Assembly: GCF_009914755.1 (NCBI RefSeq)
Contig: NC_060927.1
Strand: one strand, 5' to 3'
DNA: 64,000 nt
Origin: the human T2T-CHM13v2.0 reference genome, Homo sapiens
The notes beneath the pieces were generated by a model. It searched no databases, was not told the origin of the DNA, and saw only the letters and a program-made list of their open reading frames with translations. A program made the translations under genes and the position numbers. Below are positions 53,804-64,000 of the stretch, one piece after another (the stretch's first letter is position 1; each line of letters starts with the position of its first letter).

Positions 53804-55737
53804 TTTTGGTAACAACAAGGAGATTCTGAGTGGATGTACCTCTGACCTTTGACAAATTTCCTATCAGTGCTGGGTACCAGCACGAGCTAACTTTATGGCT
53901 CAAACAAATAGGACAATTTGCTAAGGTCTGGGAGCACCCTTCCAGAGACTCCCTGATCTCCCAAAATAAAGTTTATTTTGCTGTACAACTCTCTTTATTT
54001 TTAAAGTTTTACTTGCTTCCAACAAGGAAGATAAGATTTCCTGTTTCTATGGTAATCTGGCAAGTAACTGGAGTTTGAGTTTGCTCCCAGAGGGGAGGAT
54101 AAGTTTGAGTTATTTTTCCTCTTTCCAGGATGGTAAAGGATAATCTTCAGCCTGAGACCTATCCCTTGGTAAGCAGGTGAATTGGGGTTTTGTCTTGGCT
54201 AAAGTTAACAACCAGCTGGTCTTAATTTCTCCTCACCATTAGAGTGCTCAGTGATTATATTGTTGGTTTTTTGTTGTTGTTTGTTCTGGTCTTTCTCTCT
54301 TCAGATTTGACCAACTCTTCCTGACTTGGTCAAATCTGAGAGAGAACTCAGAATTATGAATAACAAAGCCTCTCTAATTTTGCTAAAATTCCTCACAGCT
54401 CCAAAAGAGGAAAAAAAAAAACAAAAAACAACCAAAACCCCTCAAAAATCCAGTTTGTTTCTGTGTTTGCTTTCTGTCTTAAAAAAAAAAAAAAGTTTTT
54501 TCATTTACTTTTCTTCCACCTCCTTCCCCCTCTTGCCATCTGTAGTACCAAAAATCTAGAGAAGGCTTCTAATGACTTGCACCCCTTTAAGGAATTCAGA
54601 ACAAAGGTGCCACTCACCCCTTTGGAGGTGTTCTGTTTTCTTTCTGGAGTTTCAGAAGTCATGGGTAGATTCTGCTTAGATGTAAAGCTGTTTTTCTGTA
54701 TTGCATGATCTGACCTCTTTGGCTTTGGGGATACCAAAGACTACCTTGTACTGTGAGAGAATTTGACTTTGGTGTGTGTAGTGGCTGACAAGAGCTATAA
54801 AGTAGGGGTGGCTGAGAACAGTTTATAGATAGTGGTCTTGCCTGCTGTTTCTTTTCCTCCTGGAAAGTTGTTGTTTAAGGATCCTAATTCTAGTTCGAAG
54901 ATGCATTCTGAAGGGTCTTCTCTGCTTGCTTTTTCTCCCAAAATTTGGCTTGTCTGTGCACATTTGCATGAGGAACCAAACTCTTGTTTTCATAGGTAAA
55001 TGAGAGGCTGAGTTTCCTCAGCTTTGAAAAAAAGGACGTTTTGCTCCTCCCTGCCAAAAAGGCACCCCTGGGTGACTGAGGGCCTCATGGGAGGGTCCAG
55101 GGGGCCTGACCCCACTCAACATCCAGTGGTCCTGCAGGGAAATTCCCAACAAAAATTAACTTTTTAAAAACAGGATCGTCCAGGAAACGCATGTAAGGGC
55201 TGATCACTCAGTGTTTTGAGCCCTCTCAGAGGTCATAGACCTCTGGAGAGAGAAATTGAGACACCTAAGAGGATGGAAATGACGTAGTGGTGATACACTG
55301 TGGAGTCCTGCTCACAAGCAGCACACATCAGTCCACCACACAAACACCCTAGGCCACAGCTCAATTCCTCCTTTTAAGAAAAAAAAAAGTGGGAAACAAA
55401 TAATCTATGAATGAGGAGAAAAAAAGAAGAGTGACCCCCTTGCAAGCACTCTGTAGGTTTTATGGCACCTCTACTTGCCAGAGTTTATGTGAAATGGAAA
55501 TAATATGGTCTTTATGCACAGTTACATTAAGAAAAAAGAACCCTAAGGTCACTCTGCAAATGATAGAGTTTCTAAGTTCTCTTTTTGCTCTATTTTCTTT
55601 TCTGCCTGCTTTAAATCTGCTGTTATTTTTCTATTAAGATAAAAACCACTGTTTGTATCCAACAGGTTATTTATTTGCAAGCTGGTGAATTTGTATTTAT
55701 CTCATGCCTACATCTCTAAAGTAAGAGCTATAGAATC

Positions 55738-55780
<43 letters not shown>

Positions 55781-58560
55781 ATTTAGAAGGCCTTTATAAT
55801 TTCTATAATTTCATGTTTAATTGGCAATTAAGTCAGTTTTAATTTCTCTTCAGCACACCAGACTTTCTCTCACCATATCTTATGATGTAAATTTTGCTAT
55901 TTGATTTTCACCTGAGTTCTTTCTTTTAGCATGCAAATTTAAGGCTATTTGGCTGACAACTGCCTAGGGTTACCAAGAATTGATACAGGTTACCTATTGA
56001 AACACGTTATGAAGAATTTGAAGCCTAAGATGGAAAAAAGAAGGTTTTTATGAATTTATAAGATGTACTTTTACCAGCATGCCAAATATATCTATGTATT
56101 TATGTGTTATGCACACAATGTTTCATTAATAAAAATATATAAAGTAATTCTAATTAATCAACTTAATAAAATAAAAGTGCTTGAATCAAATACTTTATCA
56201 GAAAAAAAAGAAAAGACTAGTCAAATGCTTTTTCAAGTGTACATAACTTAAGTAAAATCTTTAATAGATAAGCTAACTTTAAAATTATTGGTGAAGTATA
56301 ATAATATTAGAAACATCTTCAGAATTGCCAGTATACATTTTTGTTGGCATCAAAATTTGGCATAGGGGTTGCAAAACTATAAACCAAGCCCAAAACAGAA
56401 TGATGTTTGCTTGTGTAATTTTTAATTAGTAAGATCTTGATATTGGTTTAATGAAAATAGCTACATCTTAAATTTAGTAAAATTACCATAACTTCTAATG
56501 TGGCTTTAGGCAGTCTAGTCCACAGGCAGTAAGATTTGCTGTGGGAAAGGGCTGCTATTATCTTTGTTCAAATCTAAACTATAAACCAAGTTCCTCCCAA
56601 AGTTAGTTTGGCCTATGCCAGGAATGAACAAGGTCAGCTTGGAGGTTAAATTCAAGATGAAGTCAGTTAAGTCAGATCTTTTTTACTGTCGCTTATAATT
56701 TTGCAATAGCAGTTTCATAACTTTAGATGCTGACTCTAATTTTTTATAAATAATCTATGTAAAAAATTACAATAAAAAATTATGTAAATGTAATGAGATA
56801 AATACTTATAGACAAATTCATGATTTAGAAACTAAAGTTATATTAAATTAAATAGTAGATATTTCACTATTTGAGTATTTTTTAATAAAATCTATTTGTC
56901 AGAAAATGTGTGTTTTTGTTTAATTCAAGGCTTATTTAAAGGTTATGTTTAAAACAAGGTAAAAGGAAACAGGAAATAAGAAAGAAGTAAAGAAAGTTAT
57001 ATGAATAAAGAGGATTTTTTTGGTAAGTAAGCTTAAAGAGAAATAATTTTTTATGAGAAAGAATCTTTTATGGTAAATTTAGTCTTGTAATAAAATGACT
57101 GGTTGTTTAAGAAAGAAGAATGTTCAGGACAAACCAGGAAGTCCAAGTGTATCATGAATGGTCTGTGTAACAATAAGAGGCTTTATTAAAAAAATAAAAC
57201 TTTCATATAATCAAGTTGTTGATAATTAAAGGAAAATTATAATGATCTTTCTAGAGATTGAGGTGAATGTAAAAAAAACACTTATTACTAAATAGTTGGT
57301 TAGAACAAAAAAATTTCTTAAGAGATTGATTTGTTCTTAATAAATTATGAAAGATTTTAATTTTTTAAACTCAAAGTTTAACTTTTCTTTCATCTCACCA
57401 TTTTTGGTTTTCTCTCTCATTTTAAAGGGTGTGAAATAGCAACGCTGTCCTTCAACTAATTTTCAGCTCATATAAGTTTTTTTCCTTGAGTTCTGCTCAT
57501 TGTGGCCTAATGCTAATGATGGTTTCTTAAAGGATTAAAGGAAATTTTTTCTTCCAACCTAATAGTCTGTGCATTGCAGAAGGTCTTTTCTTTTGCCTTT
57601 TGGCAACTGGCCTAACAGATTATAAGATATATCAAAACAATTCCTATTCCATTATTATTATGTTTTGGTTCCCTTAGGAAAAAAACTAAGATTAAAAAAA
57701 TTCTTAAATTAAGGTTATCACATTCGTGTATCATTCTGTATGTGCTTTTAAAGTACTTGTGACATTGACTTATGGGGCTTTGACTCTTGGATCTTAAAAA
57801 GGGCACCAAATTCTGCTAAATCTTAAACACTGACAACAATTAAACACTTATCATCAGGTCCAGTGGAAGACACCAATCAGAGTAAACTGCATTCTTAAGA
57901 TACAGGGCCAGAAATTAAAGCTATGCAATTCCTCAAGATCCAGAGACTATCATGGAAGAGGTGGGTGTGTGAGATTGTGACAGTGAATTTTGAGAGATAT
58001 AATAAGTTCAATTTCCCTATAAATTAATCATTATGTCAAAGGCATACTCATGCAAGACCAGCATATGGGCCCCTGTGTCAGATTAACAAGGTTTTCTTGA
58101 AGCACTAACTGACTCCTTAATAAAGGTTATAAAGGTTATAAAAGGCTTATGAAACTTATATATTATGGTCAAGATGAAAATTTTATAGATTTTTTATACA
58201 ATTTTGAAAAACAAATTTACTTGGCTTCTTTTTTCAAGGCTTACTGTTTGGAAAATTAAGTCTCCTCTCTCAAAGAATGAAGGCCTTTTTTTTTTTTTTT
58301 TTTTGGAAATCCTCAGTTATCACTATGGTCAAAGGAATGACTTATTTGACAATGACCTGTGATATCAAGTGTTTTAAACCTCTGATATTTGACAAACTTT
58401 CCAAAATTAAATTATAAATTATGTATTTTTCTTACCTAATTAATTCTTTAAGATATTAGGTTCCCTAAAGTACAAAAATGACATAATTTGGCTTATTTGG
58501 TATAAAATTATATAGGAAACATTTTCAAATATGAAACGATGTTTGGTTTTCCTTGGGTTG
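53804..58560 (+). mobile_element. MER4-int internal sequence (non-autonomous ERV1, non-coding)
   Basis: Begins at the PBS after the LTR; AT-rich MER4-int motifs (cagatttgaccaactc, catatgggcccctgtgtcagattaacaaggttttcttgaagc); no gag/pol ORF. Confidence 0.85.
55741..55778. repeat. (GT)19 microsatellite
   Basis: Direct inspection. Confidence 0.95.
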
Positions 58561-58686
58561 TGCTCTGACCACCTGGGGCATATCATCAGAACCTTCTGAG
58601 ACTTTGTCATGGGTATGCATCCTTGACCTTGGCAAAATAAACTTTCTAAATTAACTGAGACCTATCTCAGATATTCAGGATACACA
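58561..58686 (+). mobile_element. MER4A 3' LTR remnant (last ~125 bp only)
   Basis: tgctctgaccacctggggca...aaataaactttctaaattaactgagacc...tacaca, homologous to 53681-53803; provirus flanks ATAT/GTAT. Confidence 0.85.
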
Positions 58687-58869
58687 GTATGAATCATAAT
58701 AGATATAAACATTATTAATGATAAAATTTATAATAAGGAAAATCAGAGTGATCTACATATTAAAAAATTGGTAAATTAGGGAGAGCAATGAGGGAATTGG
58801 TTGCCAAAAGCTCCAGGAAAGGGTCACATTTGGTATATTCAAAAGAAATGGGCTCCAAAGGGCTAAGGT

Positions 58870-59430
58870 TGATTTTTTCATTGATATACTCACTATTTTT
58901 ACTTCTATTTTAACTATGTCAAGTTCTGAAAGACATATTTAAAAGTCACCAGTTATAATTATGTTTTTGTCAGGTCTTCAGTGTATTTCTAGGAATATTT
59001 CTTTTTTATGTGCCACTGCTGTTGTTCTATATAAAATGATTTATGACTCTTACATCTTTTTTCTAAATTATACCTTTTTTTATTACATAGTGTCAATCTG
59101 GGTCCCACTTTCCCACTTAATGCTTTTGACCTTAAATGTCACTTTTTCTGCTATTAATATTGCCATTTATGTTTTTTCCCCAGTTTCTGAAATCTCTATT
59201 CATTACTTTGACCATTTTTACCTCTTTCTTTTAGATTTTTGTTGTTTTTTCTTATAAAGACATATAGTTGGAATTAATTCCTAACCACTAATGCAGTCAT
59301 TGTCTTGGAATATTCAGCCTATTCATAAATGATGTATTAATAATTGTCCTTAATTTATTTCTTCTATCTTGTTTTTTCCTTAACATGGACTTTGTTAGCT
59401 TTGGTTTTCCATTGTTTTTGGCTTAATAAA
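58870..59430 (-). mobile_element. Old L1ME ORF2 (EN region) fragment
   Basis: ttaaaagtcaccagttataatt...atgcttttgaccttaaatgtcactttttctgctattaatattgcc. Confidence 0.6.
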
Positions 59431-59459
59431 TATTCTTTTCTTTTTGTTAGTATTGTCAA

Positions 59460-59680
59460 GTATTTATTTTTTATAAAAATTCAAGGTCATAGCAAAATTG
59501 AGTAGGAAATACAGAATTCCCACGTACCCTTTCCATGCCTGCATATACAGGCTTTGGCAACATCAATGTACCAGTGTGGTATATCTGTTACCAATTGATA
59601 AGCCATCATTGTCACATCATTATCAACCAAGTCCACAGTTTACATTAGGGTTCACTCCTGGTATTGCACATTTTGTGGTT
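59460..59680 (-). mobile_element. L1MC/MD-type 3' UTR end
   Basis: agcaaaattgagtaggaaatacagaattcccac...acatcattatcaaccaagtccacagtttacattagggttcactc. Confidence 0.75.
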
Positions 59681-59686
59681 TGTGTT

Positions 59687-59837
59687 TGTTTGAGATTGGG
59701 TATCACTCTGTCACTCAGGCTGGAGTATAGTGGTACGATCATAGCTCACTCTAACTCAGGTTCCTGGGCTCAAGTGTTCCTCCTGCCTCAGCCTCCCAAG
59801 TAGCTGGGACTACAGGTATATGCCATCCTGCCCAACC
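59687..59837 (-). mobile_element. Alu right monomer (AluJ/FRAM-like)
   Basis: tcactctgtcactcaggctggagtatagtggtacgatcatagctcac...gtagctgggactacagg. Confidence 0.85.
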
Positions 59838-59861
59838 AACTGAAAAGTTGTAGATAAAAAA

Positions 59862-60026
59862 AGCCAGGTGTGTTGGTGTGTGCCTGTAATCTCAGCTCTT
59901 CAGAAGGCTGAGGCACAAGAGTCGCTTGAGCCTGGAAGACGGAGGTTGCAGTGAGCCGAGATCAGGCCACTGGACTCCAGTCTGGGCTACAGAGTGAGAC
60001 TCTGTCTCAAACAAAAAAAAAAAAAG
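59862..60026 (+). mobile_element. Alu right monomer (AluS-like) with A tail
   Basis: agccaggtgtgttggtgtgtgcctgtaatc...ggaggttgcagtgagccgagatc...gagactctgtctcaaa. Confidence 0.88.
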
Positions 60027-60198
60027 TATTTTGGAAAAGAACGTACTAAAATTATATCAAAGATATGCCAATCAACTGAAAATAAAAATGAGGTAAAGGA
60101 AAAATTGGCATCAGAAACATAGAATTTAAAGCAAAAGATGTTAACTGAGCCAAAAAGAACCACTGTATTTTAAAGAAGAGTATAAAGTATTATGGACA

Positions 60199-60519
60199 CA
60201 GTGGACCCTTAATTGACATGGAGTTTAGGGGTACTCATGTCTTTCTTGCACAGTTAAAAATTCAACAGTAACTTTTGACTCCCCCAAAACTTAACTAGTA
60301 ACAGCCTACTGTTGACTGGAGGCCTTAACAATAACATAAACCATTGAATAAAACATACTTTGTATATTATATTTATTATATACTATATTCCTACAATAAA
60401 GTAAGCTAGAAAAATTATATCAAGAAAAATCATAAAGGAGAGAAAATAAATGTACTATTCATTAAGTGGAAATGCATCATCATAAAGGTCTTTATCCTCA
60501 TTTTCTTCACATTGAGTAG
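60199..60519 (-). mobile_element. Tigger2-family terminal fragment
   Basis: cagtggaccctt TIR; acttttgactcccccaaaacttaact..aacagcctactgttgactgga...cattaagtggaa..gcatcatcataaaggtc; strand assignment less certain. Confidence 0.75.
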
Positions 60520-60677
60520 TAGTAAATAATCTAAATGATAGTAACATTAATAAATAGATTTCAGATATACTTGAGTACTTAACATGTGATTCATTTCCCA
60601 CAAATTAATTCAAGAGCTCACAGTTTTCAGTAATACTATTAAGACAACAAAATATCATGACATAAAAAAGAACAATG

Positions 60678-61441
60678 GCCTCCAGCTCTATCCATGTCTC
60701 TGAAAAGGACATGATCTCACTCTTTTTCATGGCTGCATAGTATTCCATGGTGTATATGTACCACATTTTGTTTATCCAGTCTATCATTGATGGGTTTGTA
60801 GGTTGATTCCACATCTTTTGCTATTGTGAATAATGTTGCAATGAACATGCATGTGTCTTTATAATAGAATGATTTATATTCCTTTGGGTATATTCCAAGT
60901 AGTGGGATTGCTGGGTCCAATGGTATTTCTGTCTTTAGGTCTTTAAGGAATCGCCACACTGTCTTCCACAATGATTGAACTCATTTACACTCCCACCAAC
61001 AGTGTACACATATTCCTTTTCCTCTACAACCTTGCCAGCATCTGTTATTTATTGACTTTATAATAATAGCCATTCTGACTGGTGTGAGATGGTATCTCAC
61101 TGTAGTTTTGATTTGCATTTCTCTAATAGTGATGTTGACATTTTTTTTTCACATGGAGGCCATTATCCTTAGCAAACTAACACAGGAACAGAAAACTAGA
61201 TACCGGATGTTCTCACTTATAGGTGGGAGCTAAATAATGAGAACACATGGACACATAGAGGGGAAAAACAAACTGGGACCTTTGGAGGGAAAGACTGGGA
61301 GGAAAGAGAGGATCAGGAAAAACAACTACTGTGTACTAAACTTAATATCTGGGTGATGAAATAATCTGTACAACCCCCATGACACAAGTTTACATATGTA
61401 ATAAACCTGCACATGTGCCCCTGAACTTAAAATAAAAGTTA
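60678..61441 (+). mobile_element. 5'-inverted (twin-primed) L1PA13-like insertion
   Basis: 60678-61155 antisense ORF2 end; 61154-61441 sense 3' UTR; 14-bp TSD AAAAAAGAACAATG 60664-60677 / 61442-61455. Confidence 0.9.
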
Positions 61442-61455
61442 AAAAAAGAACAATG

Positions 61456-63995
61456 ATGAATATAAAAGGAAAGCAATAGAAACAAACCAAATTTTTTAAA
61501 TAAAAGAAAAAGGATAAAAAAGGCAAGTCATGAGTCAAAAATAAAATCAAGTAAAAAAATAGCAGTGCAAACAAAATTATGGGATGTGGCAAAAATATAC
61601 CTGTAAAGAAAATCATAATCCTAAATTTTTTAATATCAAAAGAGAATAAATTCTTCAAATCCAACATCCAACTAAGTAAACAAGAGAATGCATAGCAAAA
61701 AAACAAAAATAATATAGAATAATTGCAACAATAAAGACAACATGAGCAATTTAGGAAAAAGAAATGACAAATGACAAATCTGGAAAGCAAGTCTTTTAAA
61801 CACTGAAAATATTAGAGATATTTCTTACAAAGTAATCAAGAATAAATTAAAATATAATCACAAACAATTGCCAGTGTGAATTATTAATATGATATAACTG
61901 TATAGATCAAATATATTTTACAAACAATAGGAGATTATATCAAATAATAATACATATTAAAACTCATAGGAAATTATACGATATTGTGAGAAAATACAAT
62001 TGATCAAAGCCGAATTAATTAGAGAAATACAATTTAAGTATTTCACTAACTATATGAGAAAAACAACCAACACAACAGCAAACCATCTTCCAATACACCT
62101 ATAATGATACTGAGTTAAAACTGTTTTATAAGAGATTTCTGTAGAATTTTTAGGCAGTAGATTAAGTTTACATGATTAGAATTGCTTCAGCACATGGATC
62201 AGCCAAAAGGATTTGCCATTGCATTTTTGAACTCAGCATATTTCTTACTAACTTGCAGAGGATGGCATTAAAATAAAAGCATATTAACTCTGTATATTTT
62301 GAATTAAATTAAGTAGCATGCAAAAAAATAAATATAACAGGAAGAACTAGTATTTATCCCTAAAATTCAAGGATGATCCAATTAGAGAATTCATTAGCTG
62401 CAAATTATATTGAAATAAGCTAAAGATAGATTTGATCAAATTCTACATTCATTCCTGGCAAAACAATAAAACCAGAACAGACTATTTCTCCAACATAATA
62501 AAATAAAACTTATATCAAGCCAAAAGCAGTAGTCATGGTTAATGTTTATATCTTCCATTGATCAAATCATTTGTATTAAAAATCAAGAACAAGACAAGAC
62601 GTGAGCTCTCATTCTAAATCAATAACACAAGAAAACAAAATAATTTAAAAAATCAAAAACAGGAAAAACATTTCAATGTTAATACAATTGCCTACCTAAT
62701 CAGCTCAAAAAAGAAAATAAATTAGCCAGTTGCAAATTTAATGCAACTTTCCAAAACAAGACATATATAAGATGATGAAAAAATCTCTTTAGAAAACGTT
62801 GCTCAAAATCATACGAAACTTAATCACATCTAAATATGCTCTATGTAAAGAGAACAGGAATCTAACTATTAAACAAGATAATTTAAATACATGCAATGGG
62901 ATAGCTTGCATTAATATTTTCAAAGATGCATTACTTCTAATGTTAGCCTATTTGTTAGATTTATAATGAACATTTTATTAGATTTTTAGAATTGGAAAAT
63001 AATGATTTTTAAGTTTATCTAGAAATATAAAGATTTGTGTAAGAAAATGTGATGGAAAGTCTTAATTTATTATGTAATAAATGAGGTTAAAATTTTATTT
63101 TAATCAAATAAATGGACACTACTGTCAAGTTATATATATAGAATAATCACATTAAGTTTAAATTTAGGAATTTATATTGAAACATATAATATAAAGATAA
63201 CATTTCTTTTTAGTGGGTAAAGGATAGAGGTTAATCCTATACTTAATGCCAAAGCAAAACTCAGCTGTATTAAATATTCAATATATCATAATATGTAAAT
63301 ATATATATATATCATCAGAAGTCCATATAGGTAAATATCTATATAATCATAAGCTAGGAAACAATATATTTAATAAAGAAGTCAGTTGAGTACATAACAT
63401 TTTTTTTAAAGTCTATATGAAGAAAGACCATAGTCTTTAAGAGGAGACAAACATCAGGAAAACCATTTGCAACAAATTTAAAACATGAGATTAGTATCAT
63501 AAATATGTAAAACTATTCATACAAAATAATTTCAAAAATTCAATATCTACATCGTACAATTCACTAATTATATGTTATAAAAATTGAACTGTAAAACACT
63601 AAATATTTGTGAAAAAACATGTCTCAGTGTCAATGCTAATTATAATAGTAAATACATTATTAAATAACTATAGTACATATTAATAAGTATGTGGTAAATA
63701 AACTGGAAAATCCAAGAGTAAGCTAAATTTAAATAAGAAGGGATTTGTTTAAATACATTTTTATACATCTAAGGTAACATTACAAAGTTAATTAAAATAG
63801 CATGCATTTTACTATGAAAATTATTTTATGACATAATTTGTTTGCAGAAAACACCAGTGTTTTAAACCTCTTTAAATATTAAAGATTTAAACTTTTGTGA
63901 TATAAAACACATATTTATATAAAACTAAGACATAGAAAATTGTAAGGATGTATAATTATCTAAAAATATAATAAAAGTTATCTCTGGCTGGAGGA
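61456..63995 (+). mobile_element. Old L1ME-type ORF2 + 3' UTR, highly diverged (also 60030-60190 and 60520-60663)
   Basis: tttatccctaaaattcaaggatga; ttaaaaatcaagaacaagacaag; tttttaagtttatctagaaa; end aaagttatctctgg. Confidence 0.6.
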
Positions 63996-64000
63996 ATAAC

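Noticed and set aside
61326-61790. Hydrophobic 154-aa (-) ORF and similar F/L/I-rich short ORFs resembling membrane proteins
   Set aside because: Artefacts of reading A-rich L1 sequence on the T-rich antisense strand.

Overview
AT-rich, gene-free primate (human-like) genomic DNA made almost entirely of interspersed repeats. I find no supportable protein-coding gene, RNA gene or CRISPR array. The ORF-track entries I can recognise are decayed L1 ORF1/ORF2, Alu, Tigger1 transposase or ERV fragments; the rest look like chance frames. The window is a deeply nested fossil record: old L1ME scaffolds; near-full-length L1MA4-like (-), L1MA2-like (+), L1PB1 (+), L1MA9-like (+) and L1PA7-like (+) elements; Alus (J, S, Y); MaLR/ERVL/ERV1 LTRs (THE1D, MSTA, MLT2D, MER39, MER4D/LTR8-like, MER50, MER34-like); a deleted MER4A provirus; Tigger1, Tigger2 and MADE1. 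The most notable structures are: (i) a 1.23-kb L1-mobilised processed copy of an ERV1 transcript (env TM + PPT + U3-R, no U5, 14-bp TSD) inside L1PB1 ORF1; (ii) a triple target-site duplication from an AluY and a tiny L1PA fragment using the same nick; (iii) a perfect 52-bp microsatellite palindrome; (iv) a twin-primed L1; and (v) head-to-head half-Alus. Subfamily names are from recalled consensus sequences and need Dfam/RepeatMasker confirmation. I do not see evidence for a new functional biological system.
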